A stretch of 64,000 nucleotides of DNA from Candidatus Thalassarchaeum betae (GCA_003193925.1 PSPG01000001.1:96001-160000), one strand, 5' to 3'; counted from the first letter of the stretch, positions 36,101-45,601 are shown. Notes: a model not told the origin generated them from the letters alone. Made by a program: numbers and translations.

Positions 36101-38093
36101 CCTGCTGGAGGAGACCATCGACAGGTCGGACATCCTCACCGCGTACCCCGACCTAGTCTCACGTCAGGACGTCGAGCAGATAGTCGAGGTCATCCGCGCC
36201 CTGTCCATCGAGGTAGGGGGCGACCCGATGGTCCTAGCAGACAGGGTTCGCGACCTGCGCGAGCGCAGCTCGGACGCCTTGGAGGCAGTCACCGTGCCCC
36301 CCAGCGACGCTGTGAGGGTGATGACCATCCACGGCGCGAAGGGTCTCGAGGCGAAGGTGGTGATACTGGCCGACGTGTTCTCGAACAGACTGACCAACCT
36401 GAACATCGAGGACCGCAATCGCCTCATCGTCAGTCCAGAGCTCTTCGCCGGCAACCCGAAGCCCTGGTCCAACGAGAAGTCCCCGAAGTCCGCCCTCTGG
36501 TCGCACGTCAGGATGATCCACCGGGCTCGCAAGAGTGCCGAGGCCCGCAGACTGCTCTACGTCGGTGCTACGAGGGCCGAGGAGCGCCTGATTATCGTAG
36601 GCTCGACGAGAGGGACAGACTGGTCGGACGGCGAGGGTCTGAGGGTGCCATGGACATACGACCGGGCTATGCCGCAAATCGGCCAGATGTGGATTGAGTC
36701 ACTGCGTCAGGGCTCATGGCGTCGTGGTGAGACCGATTCGCCATGGCTCGATACGGACGACGGCGAGGAGCAGCCCGGGATCAAGACTCGGGGGCATCGG
36801 GTCATCGATCCTGCGAGGATGCTCTCAGGAGGCTCGCTGGGAGAGGACTCCGCCCTTTCCAGAATGCTCGTCATTCACCATCCGGACTGCTTCGACGCCG
36901 AAGACGGCGATCCTACCGGCGTCCTGACCCCACTCCAGCGCATCGAGAGGCTCGATGATGCCACTCGCACCTCCGTTGAGGAGGCTGCACCGGGGTTCCC
37001 GAAGCCTCGGCAAGAGCCAGCCCCCCGAATCCGAATCACGCCCAACAGGCTCCCGGCCTTCCAGGAGTGCGGCCGCCGCCACTGGTTCGAGACCAGGGGC
37101 GGCTTGGAACCTGATCCCATCATTCCCCGGGGCGAATCAGTAGCCGACGATGGGATGCCCGAGGGCGTCGACCCCGCCACCTTCGGCACCATCGTCCACA
37201 GAGTCATGGAAATCGGAATCGGCAACCCCGGTTCCAGTGAGGACGGACTCAGCAGCCCCCTCCTCAGATCATGGACCTCCCTCATTGAGGACCGAATGGC
37301 CGACCCGGATATCCACCGCACCGTTTTCTTGGAACTCCTGCCTACGGGAGCGGACGAGGAGCACACTGCCCGACTCGTGGAGACCATGGTCGAACATCTG
37401 CAAGCCGGCCCTCTGGGCGCCTTGGTTTCAGGAGACGCTGTGGATGGCCACAAGCTCGAGGGTCTGCGAACCGAGATGCCCTTCCACATCGCACTGACTG
37501 TGCCTCTTGGGGGGATGGTTCGACACAGATGGACTCCGGATGGGCCAGAGCCCCTCACGAGACTGGATGAAGCTACGGTCGAGATGAGCGGCATAATCGA
37601 CCTCGTCCTGTGCACCAGGACATCAGAATCCTCGACGATCCGGCCGGTCGACCTCAAGACCGAAGGAGCCGGGAGGATGTCCGAGGGAGGCTCGAACGAG
37701 CTTCTCGCTGCATTGGGTTCCGAAAAGACCGGGCCAGCCTGCGAGGCTGAGGAGGCGACTCTGAGGCAGCACAGGATGCAACTGGCTCTGTACTACCGCG
37801 CCCTGAGCAGCATCGAGCACGCTAGGCAGGAAGCAGGTCTGCCCCACAGGGAGGTGCTGCGACCGGCCATCCTCATCGGTGTCACGGGCAGGATGGTCGA
37901 GTATCCCGAGGACATGCTGAAGGAGTCATTGGATGAGCTCGATGAGTTACTGGCCAGCACGGCTCGCATGGCCCTCTCCTCCGATATGCCGATCTCGCAC
38001 TTCGCCAGATTGTCAGGAGAAGCCGCTTCGGCCTGCGAGAAGTGCCCCTTCCATCGAGGCTCTCTGCCGATATGCGGGCCAGCCGAGCAGTGA
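33162..38093 (+). CDS. AddA/AdnB-like UvrD-family helicase-nuclease
   Basis: LNTAQ, AGAGTGKT, TFTNRAADEM, TIDSF, DEAQD, VGDVKQSIYAFRQA, NYR, MTIHGAKGLE, RLLYVGATRA. Nuclease motifs GIIDL, DLKT, QLALY. TGATG coupling to the upstream gene. Confidence 0.92.
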   Translation: MRLNTAQRLALNLDAHIVIDAGAGTGKTSTIVDRVIEHYLTEDQRATRLLPKPERPSRLQGGMITPPSSERMDLREWGGLLPGEVVLLTFTNRAADEMRDRLRRSIARLRPGPVGDDGTHRSDPRIRHEGFGEQLLTLLEDAPIGTIDSFLNQLVAPYRGLLGDALSRENISDAGRILLVDSALNTLWRLPSSLSHIGEAVDAGIPAHIASEVLAARDRIARHYSGRRSAAGVLRSLVGRSVFIEEAARRIMDEQGRITPELLRQQIMATIDPGDIAEHTHEVHGIIAEFCELVRENIAVLAAGGWPAESRMACLDSLASDGPPDDAWGQLTWLSHVLICTVSAASLMGRNLTFFPNTQFPDDSWVPGIGKFSGIRDKSTKEHVRDSMKRSISTLKEAWSTDRGKLLLHFSRIALLLDDSSPPATPADWEPPLTPLPDPVPERLQRTRADQHYFTFEAEVRNLQDLYIIHQGFQGVIQKLKEHDEVHDFDDIQRLAGDLLLANCPATCRAFYHPSIQSALDSMADSPWRDDHVTAAFAALAALEAEPSRAGDSAGHLGAIRADLESRCDLLRRIRRRYRAFVIDEAQDNSPLQWRLLSRLWGERQTEDGDPQTPDTPWQPTVCYVGDVKQSIYAFRQAEVTGFLEYARYLRTVNIHEFSSVAELTRKPALRSESHSRDPRNAHAVTIATATEHMEKGGRDLIAWIPFDASDRNLPSPDGAEVDARREGLISLQVNYRTEGGLLRAMNEWWNDVFSPRHRHFPNGDFYATPQTLFGSPEKHDNSGSIEWLCPLSTGGDSDPTTDLSIPLDPFGPGKPDSLERQGMLIALRVRSLIEGSPVRVRSADGRWHRVDAEEMVSPSDIMILLSSRSKIRDIIIRHLHDLGIPAQADREGGLLDRPAAHALEGLLQFIARPRSRHHAAWVARSVLIGLDDAQLQDFIGGSERGEDLLTRLLEHTVNERQRALVARWSELSSAGRLIDLLEETIDRSDILTAYPDLVSRQDVEQIVEVIRALSIEVGGDPMVLADRVRDLRERSSDALEAVTVPPSDAVRVMTIHGAKGLEAKVVILADVFSNRLTNLNIEDRNRLIVSPELFAGNPKPWSNEKSPKSALWSHVRMIHRARKSAEARRLLYVGATRAEERLIIVGSTRGTDWSDGEGLRVPWTYDRAMPQIGQMWIESLRQGSWRRGETDSPWLDTDDGEEQPGIKTRGHRVIDPARMLSGGSLGEDSALSRMLVIHHPDCFDAEDGDPTGVLTPLQRIERLDDATRTSVEEAAPGFPKPRQEPAPRIRITPNRLPAFQECGRRHWFETRGGLEPDPIIPRGESVADDGMPEGVDPATFGTIVHRVMEIGIGNPGSSEDGLSSPLLRSWTSLIEDRMADPDIHRTVFLELLPTGADEEHTARLVETMVEHLQAGPLGALVSGDAVDGHKLEGLRTEMPFHIALTVPLGGMVRHRWTPDGPEPLTRLDEATVEMSGIIDLVLCTRTSESSTIRPVDLKTEGAGRMSEGGSNELLAALGSEKTGPACEAEEATLRQHRMQLALYYRALSSIEHARQEAGLPHREVLRPAILIGVTGRMVEYPEDMLKESLDELDELLASTARMALSSDMPISHFARLSGEAASACEKCPFHRGSLPICGPAEQ

Positions 38094-38137
38094 GGGGCCG
38101 TCGAAGAGTCCTTGTGCTCAAGGTCGCACACAAGGCC

Positions 38138-39550
38138 ATGGAGCCAGACCTCGACGCGCTGCTCCAGCGCAGCGATGAACTCTGGGAGGAATCCATCCTG
38201 CCCAGCTTGTCAGGGTTCATTGAGATACAGGCGCTATCGCCGCTCTTCGAGCCGAACTGGGCCGAGATGGGCGAGCTGGATGCCGCCATCAACTTGTTCT
38301 GCGGCTGGCTCGACGAGCAGACCATATCGGGCATGAGTTATGACGTTCACCGCATCGACGACAAATCTCCCGTCCTTCTCGTTACGATAGAGGGCACAGG
38401 TCCGGGTGAGGCCATCTTCTACTCACACCTCGACAAGCAACCCTCCAAACCTGAGCTTTGGTCCGAAGGCCTCCACCCATTGAAGGCAGTTCGCAGGGAT
38501 CCTTGGCTATACGGCAGGGGTTCAGTCGACGACGGCTATGGGGGATATCTCTGTGTGACATCAATTCGCCTGCTCCAGGAGGCAGGTATTCCGCACCCAC
38601 GGTGCGTTTTCCTCATTGAGACTTGCGAGGAATCTGGCTCATTCGACCTCCCCCCGTACTTGGATGCATTGAGCGAGCAACTCGGTAATCCCGACATGAT
38701 CGTTGTGTTGGACAGTGGCGGCCCTGACTACGACCACGTTTGGATGACAGAAGCTCTCAGAGGGCTGGTCTCGGGGACGCTATCCGTGCGGGTATCACAC
38801 GAGGGCATTCACTCAGGGACCTCAGGCGGCTCGATAGCCTCCTCCTTCAGGATTCAGAGGGTGCTGCTGGACAGGGTCGAGGATTCCACTACTGGAGAGG
38901 TATTAATTCCAGAGATGCACGTCGAGATTGACGCCGGTATTCGTGACAAGGCAGGAGCTCTTGCCGAGGTGGTCGGAAACAGCGTGTGGGATCAACTTCC
39001 CACTGTCGATACTCTAGTACGAGTCGCTGATTCAACCGAGGACATGATCCTCGCGATGAACTGGCAGCCCACCTTGTCCATCATCGGCGCTGACGGCATG
39101 CCACCCGTCCAAATCGCGGGCAACGTCCTGCGAACGAACACTGACCTAAAGCTAAGCTTCAGGATTCCCCCTGGAGTTGATTCCGAGTCGGTTCTTGCAA
39201 AGGCCAAGCAGATCCTTGAGGCGAATCCACCCTACGGGGCCGAGGTCACATTCACCGCGGACTCTTGCGCCGACGGCTTCCACGCTCCGCCCCTAGCGGG
39301 TAATGTCAGCAATGCAATCCACGACGCCTCAATGGCACTCACCGGCTTGCCGCCGCTGGCATCTTGGACAGGTGGTACAATTCCATTCATGGCAATGATG
39401 CAGGGCAAGTATCCGGAAGCCATGTTCCTCTGCACTGGCTCCTCCGGCCCCGGCAACAATGCCCACGGGCCCGACGAGAAACTGCATATCCCATCCTCAA
39501 AGAGGCTCACTGCGGTGCTGTCGGCAACCATAGCCGCGGTTTCAAGATGA
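38138..39550 (+). CDS. M20-family metallopeptidase (dipeptidase/ArgE-DapE-like)
   Basis: YSHLDKQP, LYGRGSVDD, EESGS, LRG, GGTIP and NAHGPDE. Start at ATG 38138. Confidence 0.9.
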   Translation: MEPDLDALLQRSDELWEESILPSLSGFIEIQALSPLFEPNWAEMGELDAAINLFCGWLDEQTISGMSYDVHRIDDKSPVLLVTIEGTGPGEAIFYSHLDKQPSKPELWSEGLHPLKAVRRDPWLYGRGSVDDGYGGYLCVTSIRLLQEAGIPHPRCVFLIETCEESGSFDLPPYLDALSEQLGNPDMIVVLDSGGPDYDHVWMTEALRGLVSGTLSVRVSHEGIHSGTSGGSIASSFRIQRVLLDRVEDSTTGEVLIPEMHVEIDAGIRDKAGALAEVVGNSVWDQLPTVDTLVRVADSTEDMILAMNWQPTLSIIGADGMPPVQIAGNVLRTNTDLKLSFRIPPGVDSESVLAKAKQILEANPPYGAEVTFTADSCADGFHAPPLAGNVSNAIHDASMALTGLPPLASWTGGTIPFMAMMQGKYPEAMFLCTGSSGPGNNAHGPDEKLHIPSSKRLTAVLSATIAAVSR

Positions 39551-39632
39551 CGCCGGCTAACCCCGCGCTGGCATGAGAAAGACTCCGCCGAGGTTAAAGC
39601 AGATGCACCGGTCGAGCCCCTTGAGGGCTCGT

Positions 39633-40271
39633 ATGAGTGAAGATGAGGAAGGCACCATCACGCCTGAGCTCCGTATCAGCCAACTCGAGGAGAGGCTGAC
39701 CGAGGAGACCGACCGCCTGGAGAAGCTGTACGTCGCTTACAAGAAGGCCGAGCAGGAGCTCGAGGAGAGGAACGCGATTATCGAAGTCCTCGAGAAGGAG
39801 GCCATAGACAAGGAGATCGACAAGGAGGGACTGGAGTCCCTGCTCTCGAACAAGGAAGCGATAATCCACGACATCGAGATTGAGGGCGCCAAGACGGCCA
39901 AGCGTGTCGAGCACCTAGAGCCCGAACTCGAGAAGATGGAGGAGATGTACACTCGCGAATCAGCCCGCCTCGGACGCGTCTTCGAGGTCGCCGAGGAGCT
40001 GGACGAGGCCAATCGCGTCGCCAACGCCGAATTGGGCGCCCGCGACGACTGGTACGTCCAGCACATGCAAGTCTTCGAGCAACTCAACGAAGCGATCCAG
40101 ACCCGCTACTCTATGATTGACCGAGCAGTCGAAGCCGCAAAGGAACTGCTCGCCAAGCAGGACACCTTCAAGGAGCGCATGGAAGAGGCGCTCGAGTCGG
40201 TCAAGGAAACGGCCGAGGACCTCATCGATGGCGATGACGACGAGGAAGAGAGCGACCAGGACGAGTCCTGA
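39633..40271 (+). CDS. Acidic coiled-coil hypothetical protein
   Basis: E/K/L-rich heptad pattern over about 190 aa with an acidic tail. Confidence 0.7.
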   Translation: MSEDEEGTITPELRISQLEERLTEETDRLEKLYVAYKKAEQELEERNAIIEVLEKEAIDKEIDKEGLESLLSNKEAIIHDIEIEGAKTAKRVEHLEPELEKMEEMYTRESARLGRVFEVAEELDEANRVANAELGARDDWYVQHMQVFEQLNEAIQTRYSMIDRAVEAAKELLAKQDTFKERMEEALESVKETAEDLIDGDDDEEESDQDES

Positions 40272-40991
40272 TTACTCCGGTTTGGTCCCATCAGCCAATC
40301 TGATGCACCTCGCGGGTACCCCACCCCATACTTCACCCACTGGGATGTTGGTCCACTTCGGGACGACCGCCCTCGAGGCCACAACCGCGCCCTCGCCGAT
40401 CACGCAACCGGGCTGCACGATGCTTCCTGTGCCGAGCAGGGCGTTGTCCCCCACTCGAACCGGCGAGAGCACCAACTCGCCTTTCTCCGTGAGGTGGGCA
40501 TTGATGGTCGCATGTCCTCCCATCACTACCCCAGCTCCTAGTGTCACCATCCCTGCATCGTTGATGTTGTCCGTGTTGAGTTGCGCTCCCTTGCCGATCT
40601 TGGCTCCCATCAGCCGGTAGTAGGTGTTGCCGAGGAACGAGGGCACTATGACCCACAGGAAAAGCAGGGCCGACCTGTGGAATATCATCGACCAGGCCCA
40701 CCGGATGGTGGTGAAGGACTCGATAGGTACCCTGCCCTCCTCGAGCCTAGGTCTCGACAGACCTCCTAGGAAGCCGCAGAGAAGGACCATGCAGATTCCC
40801 CAACAGAGGTAGCCCAAACCGAGTCCGACACCCGTCCCGACTGCTTCCAGCAGCAGGCCCTCACCGACGACACGACTCCTGATTTCCATCACGATGAGGT
40901 AGCCGGGAGCAGCCGATATCCCCCATATGACGGCGATGAACAGCATCACTACGACTGACAGGACGTTCTGAATCAGGTGGAAACCCCTCAT
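40272..40991 (-). CDS. Membrane-bound hexapeptide-repeat (left-handed beta-helix) acyltransferase-like protein
   Basis: N-terminal TM helices, YYRLMGAKIGKG, VRVGDNALLG..PGCVIGEGAVV and WGGVPA. Confidence 0.82.
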   Translation of the reverse strand: MRGFHLIQNVLSVVVMLFIAVIWGISAAPGYLIVMEIRSRVVGEGLLLEAVGTGVGLGLGYLCWGICMVLLCGFLGGLSRPRLEEGRVPIESFTTIRWAWSMIFHRSALLFLWVIVPSFLGNTYYRLMGAKIGKGAQLNTDNINDAGMVTLGAGVVMGGHATINAHLTEKGELVLSPVRVGDNALLGTGSIVQPGCVIGEGAVVASRAVVPKWTNIPVGEVWGGVPARCIRLADGTKPE

Positions 40992-41079
40992 GTCACCGCT
41001 GCCTGCGCCTCAGACACCTGACTTCCCCCTAAAGCATCGTCTACGGCATCCTCAAGGCGTCGCCAGCAGCGGCACGCTC

Positions 41080-42213
41080 ATGGCACAGGCCTCGGGCATG
41101 CTGGGCGACGGCTCGAAGTCCGTCAAGGTCCACCACCTGGTCAAGGCCCCGGAGAACACCGCCGACTCGGTTCGGAAACGCGAGTCATGGGACGCGACCG
41201 AGCCCGCGACTGTCTACAAGACTCCCGAGGTGCTGCCTGACGGGACGCCGTGCACCGCGGCCACGGTGATCTTCCGAACCCGCGGTTGCGTATGGTGGTG
41301 GAAGTCCGGATGCACCTTCTGCGGATACTTCAACGACGTGCGTGACGATGTGACCGCCGACGACCTGTTCGCCCAATGGGAGGAGGCGAAGCGGAGACTC
41401 GATGACTTCGAGGGCTGCAGCATGGTCAAGGTGTACACCTCCGGTACCTTCTTCGAGGACCGGGAGAATCCACCTGAGTGGCAGGAAGCCATCCTCAGGG
41501 AGACCCACGAGCGTGGACTTCACCTGGTAATCGAGGCGCAGGCGCAGTTGTGCACTCCAGAGAAGCTGGCTTGGGTGGCCGAGCGCCATCCGGGCTGCAC
41601 GGTGGCGGTAGGCTTGGAGGCCTATGACGACGCAGTGCTTCGATTCCACGTCAACAAGGGCTTCTCCACGAAGCAGTGGCACCGCTCCGTCGACATGCTG
41701 AGGGATAACGGGCTGCGAGTCAAGACCTACCTCCTGTTCAAGCCCCCCTTCATGTCCGAGGGCGACGCACTCGAACTCACCAGCAGGTGGATCAGTCAGG
41801 TCGCACCCCTCTCGGACGATGTCTCGGTCAATCCGATGAACATCCAGAAGCGGACCATCGTCGAGCGCCTATTCCGCAACCGCGAGTACCGCCCGCCTTG
41901 GCTGTGGTCGCTGGTCGAGATGATGGAGCGGGTCCACGACGACATTTCGGAGGCGCAGACCCGTATCATAGTTCACCCAACTGCGGCGGGCCGGATCAGG
42001 GGAGCTCACAACTGCGGAGCCTGCGACGCAGAAGTGGTCGCAGCCATCGAGCGATACTCAGTGTCAGGCGACACCCGCGAATTCGCAGACTTGGACTGCG
42101 ATTGCAAGAGGGTCTGGAGGGCCGAGGTAGACAACGACCTGAGCCTGCCGGCGCCTCTGGGCACTGGGGTCGACAGACGAGGCGCCCCCGTCGACCTCGC
42201 CCGCGCACCTTAG
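41080..42213 (+). CDS. Archaeosine biosynthesis radical SAM protein RaSEA
   Basis: FRTRGC-x6-CTFCGY, KVYTSG.F, GLE, NKG, YLLFKPP, YRPPWLWS and RGAHNCGACD. Confidence 0.88.
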   Translation: MAQASGMLGDGSKSVKVHHLVKAPENTADSVRKRESWDATEPATVYKTPEVLPDGTPCTAATVIFRTRGCVWWWKSGCTFCGYFNDVRDDVTADDLFAQWEEAKRRLDDFEGCSMVKVYTSGTFFEDRENPPEWQEAILRETHERGLHLVIEAQAQLCTPEKLAWVAERHPGCTVAVGLEAYDDAVLRFHVNKGFSTKQWHRSVDMLRDNGLRVKTYLLFKPPFMSEGDALELTSRWISQVAPLSDDVSVNPMNIQKRTIVERLFRNREYRPPWLWSLVEMMERVHDDISEAQTRIIVHPTAAGRIRGAHNCGACDAEVVAAIERYSVSGDTREFADLDCDCKRVWRAEVDNDLSLPAPLGTGVDRRGAPVDLARAP

Positions 42214-42301
42214 CGCGAGGGACTGCGTCCCTCGCCCAATGCTTAAGGGGCAATCTCCGGTGGTAGCGCCATTCCCATTGGGTCACGGGCGAGGGACGAA
42301 G

Positions 42302-42580
42302 ATGTCTGATGACGGCTCCGAAGCGATAGGCGAGTTCCTGCAGGGGGAGCATGAGCCTGCGTCATCCTGGATCGTTCTGGCTTTCGGGCTGGTCACAGCA
42401 CTGGTATTGCTGGTTCTCCACAGCATCCTCTACCCGGGACGGGAGTTGCCGGTGATAGCCGAGATCCTCCCTGTATTCGAGGGCGTATTCGACTCCGGAA
42501 TCTGGTTCTTCATCCTAGGAGTCATGCTGGGGGGGTTCGCGATAATCGCCACCATGCTGACGGAGGCCACCAGCGAGTGA
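42302..42580 (+). CDS. Small two-TM membrane protein
   Basis: 92-aa ORF from ATG 42302 with two hydrophobic segments, 9 nt upstream of the next gene. Confidence 0.7.
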   Translation: MSDDGSEAIGEFLQGEHEPASSWIVLAFGLVTALVLLVLHSILYPGRELPVIAEILPVFEGVFDSGIWFFILGVMLGGFAIIATMLTEATSE

Positions 42581-42589
42581 GGGATTCCC

Positions 42590-44254
42590 ATGGATGAGGT
42601 TCTCACAACCATGGCCGTCTTCTGGGCCCTCATGCTCCTGACTTACTTCCTGATGCAGAACGGCCTGTCGATATTCAATGACGTCGCCAAGAGCATGGGG
42701 ATGTTCATGCTCGAGAAGGCGCTGGGGCCGGCAATCGACCTCGTCGAGGGAAGGCCCGGCTCCGCCTCGAAGGCCTGGTTCATGCAGGGCCTGCTTTGGC
42801 TGTTGGCGGCATCCACGTTGACCTTTGAGGGACTCTGGTTGATGCATGAACCGGCGGCCCTGCACAGTCTGTCCGCCTGGGGCTACAACCCCACTTCCGA
42901 CTCCCTCCTGTACGCCGGCAACTACGCCGTTCTCTATGGCGGCATCGGGATGCTCCTGATAGGCGCCGGTCTGCATATACTACCGCGACTAGCCCGAACC
43001 GAGCTTGCCAGCGAGAAGAACGCGGTACTGGTCTCCTTCCTTTGGACCCTCTCCGTGATGGTCTTGGTGATTGGTGCACACGACTCCGTGATACTCGGTG
43101 TGAACATCATATTCCTAGGCACGGCGATGCACGTACTCGCATTCTCCGCCGTGGTCATCAACCAGCTTCTGACTGTCTCCAAGCGCCAAGGCGCACTCGC
43201 GATTCCGGGATGGCTGATCATCTTCGGACTGCTGGCAGATCCAGTCGCGACGGCTGCGACGTTCATCTCGGGCTCTATCGAGACCGGTGTGGGCCAGTGG
43301 CTGCTCGGCCACATGGTCGGCGGCACCTTCTTCTTCGCCTCGGCTGCGGGAGTAGCACTCTACGCCGCGTCCAGCGCAACCGGCAACCCGCTGTGGTCCA
43401 AATCGCTCGCAGCAGCGGTCCTGGTCGGGTCAATGGCCACCATCAATCCGATGGGGGAGATCGACGGCAGGATGGCCGCGGACATGCTCGGGCTGAGTCT
43501 CGGGGACTTTCAGTTCACCACTGAGGACAATCTGGTCGCCGCCTTCCTGATGGCTCTGGCGACCATACCAATCATGGCCTTGGCGGCCAATGTCCTCATC
43601 ACGTTGAGAGGCGGCGATGCCTTCGTCGAGAATCCTGACTCCGCAGGCACTGCGGAACTGAATCTGGGAGCCTCCATGCTGCTGCCTCTCGCCATAGGCT
43701 CCATGTTCATCCAGTCGGATGCGTTCGCGGCGTCCCCAGAACTCTCCGGACTCGCTCCCTCTCTGATGCTGATAGGGATCTGGTTGGTCTTCGTGCCGAT
43801 CTCGCTCGGCGCTGCTCTGCACCTGTTCCCCGCCGTCACCGGCCGGCATCTGCTATCTCGCAATCGCGCCCGATGGGCCTTCTGGATGATGGGAGGCGGG
43901 GCTTTCCTCGGCCTGACGGTGACGATGATGGCCGATATGATTGACATGGCGCTGATAGAGGCGACTGTCGGGGATCCGAGTTCTCTGGCCGGTGAGCTCC
44001 GAGTGGTCGGCGCGGTACTCTTCTACGGCACCGTCGTCGGCGCAGTGCTGCATACTCTCAACGCCGTCAGCGGTCTGTTCCGTGGAACCAGGGTGGACTC
44101 TGAGAGGGAGACCTCCAGCAGCCTCTCGCCGGAGTCGTACTCGCTCGCCTCCCCTACTTCTGTGCGCAGGATTCTAGCCAGCGGAGCGAACCTGGAAACA
44201 ACAGTGGTACCCGTCGGGGAGAGCGATGATGCCGGTAGCGCCACAGAACTATGA
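42590..44254 (+). CDS. Heme-copper oxidase subunit I (CcoN)-like polytopic membrane protein lacking most His ligands
   Basis: About 12-13 TM helices. Three pseudo-repeats ILPRLARTELAS / SATGNPLWS / LFPAVTGRHLLS. QWLLGH matches CcoN QWWYGH. Confidence 0.65.
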   Translation: MDEVLTTMAVFWALMLLTYFLMQNGLSIFNDVAKSMGMFMLEKALGPAIDLVEGRPGSASKAWFMQGLLWLLAASTLTFEGLWLMHEPAALHSLSAWGYNPTSDSLLYAGNYAVLYGGIGMLLIGAGLHILPRLARTELASEKNAVLVSFLWTLSVMVLVIGAHDSVILGVNIIFLGTAMHVLAFSAVVINQLLTVSKRQGALAIPGWLIIFGLLADPVATAATFISGSIETGVGQWLLGHMVGGTFFFASAAGVALYAASSATGNPLWSKSLAAAVLVGSMATINPMGEIDGRMAADMLGLSLGDFQFTTEDNLVAAFLMALATIPIMALAANVLITLRGGDAFVENPDSAGTAELNLGASMLLPLAIGSMFIQSDAFAASPELSGLAPSLMLIGIWLVFVPISLGAALHLFPAVTGRHLLSRNRARWAFWMMGGGAFLGLTVTMMADMIDMALIEATVGDPSSLAGELRVVGAVLFYGTVVGAVLHTLNAVSGLFRGTRVDSERETSSSLSPESYSLASPTSVRRILASGANLETTVVPVGESDDAGSATEL

Positions 44255-44314
44255 GCAGCCGTAGCCGACCGTCACCTTGAGAGCGAGTGCCCCGGTTCAC
44301 TCAGGGGGGATGCC

Positions 44315-45601
44315 ATGCGAATAGGGCTGGTCGGCAAGCCGAACGTGGGCAAGTCTACCACGTTCTCCGCGCTGACGGAGACACCGGTCGATATCGCCAA
44401 CTACCCGTTCACGACCATCGAGCCAAACGTCGGGGTGGCTTGGCTGCCTCTCCCCTCGCCCTGCGCCTGCGCCGAGTTGCGCAGACGCAAGGAGGCGGCC
44501 GGACGACTGGAGCCATATTCGGACGACGACCCTCGAAGGGGCAGCATCTGCATTCCCAACTCGGGCTCCTGCACCGCTCACCGGCGGCTCGTCCCGGTGA
44601 CTATCGTCGATGTCGCGGGGTTGGTCCCGGGTGCGCACGAGGGTAGAGGCAGGGGGAATCAGTTCCTCACGGACCTGGCCCGCTGCGACGCCCTGATCCA
44701 GGTCGTGGACATCTCGGGGTCGACCGATATAGACGGCAATCCCGTCGGTAGCGGCGGCTCGGACCCGATCGAGGAGCACAAGTTCCTCGTCGAGGAGCTG
44801 GAGGCTTGGATCGTCGGCATCCTGAGCGTAGGCTGGAAGCGCGGGGCGAGACGGGTGCAGGCCGAAGGCGACCGGGCTCTGATGGAATACGTCGTCGACC
44901 AGCTCACTGGCATAGGGGCCACCGAGCAGCATGTCTCGGCCGGCTTCAACGCGGTTCGCTCAAAGCACCCTGATTCCGGGGTCCCGTGGAGTTGGGGCGA
45001 TGCGGAACTCACTGCAATGGCATCGGCTATCCGATTCGAGTTGTTCCCTATCTCCATCGCTGCGAACAAGGCCGACAGAGCCCACTCTGGCTCATGGGCG
45101 CCCCTGTCGGAGATGATCACCAGAGAGGGAGGCATCCTCCTGCCTACCAGTGCCGAGGCCGAACTGGCTCTGAGCAGGGCCTCACAAGCCGGACTGATCG
45201 AGCACAGTCCCGGCGAGCCTACATTCGAAATCACGCCGGAGGGTGAGGAGAAGCTCTCGCAAGCACAGAGGAGAGCGCTCTCCTCGATAGCGGAGTCACT
45301 CGGCTCGTGGGAGGGCGGCGGCCTTTTTGGCCTGCTCTCTCAAGTTGTATTCGGGACACTGAGCCGCAGAGTAGCCTATCCGGTTCAGGACGAGACACAT
45401 TGGGTGGACGGCGAGGGCAACATGCTCCCAGACGCGCTCCTCGTGCCACAGGGAACAACTGCGAAGGGACTGGCCTACGCTGTCCACACCGACCTCGGTG
45501 ACGGCTTCATCCGCGCGGTCGACGCCCGTAGTTCGAGAGTCATCGGAGCAGAACACGAAATCCAGAACGGCGATGTCATCAGCATCTACGCCAAGACGTG
45601 A
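44315..45601 (+). CDS. ychF: Obg-family YchF-related (Ygr210-type) GTPase/ATPase with TGS domain
   Basis: GLVGKPNVGKST, ANYPFTTIEPN, DVAGLVPGAHEGRGRGNQFL, ANKAD, PTSA and TGS (VHTDLGDGF). Confidence 0.9.
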   Translation: MRIGLVGKPNVGKSTTFSALTETPVDIANYPFTTIEPNVGVAWLPLPSPCACAELRRRKEAAGRLEPYSDDDPRRGSICIPNSGSCTAHRRLVPVTIVDVAGLVPGAHEGRGRGNQFLTDLARCDALIQVVDISGSTDIDGNPVGSGGSDPIEEHKFLVEELEAWIVGILSVGWKRGARRVQAEGDRALMEYVVDQLTGIGATEQHVSAGFNAVRSKHPDSGVPWSWGDAELTAMASAIRFELFPISIAANKADRAHSGSWAPLSEMITREGGILLPTSAEAELALSRASQAGLIEHSPGEPTFEITPEGEEKLSQAQRRALSSIAESLGSWEGGGLFGLLSQVVFGTLSRRVAYPVQDETHWVDGEGNMLPDALLVPQGTTAKGLAYAVHTDLGDGFIRAVDARSSRVIGAEHEIQNGDVISIYAKT

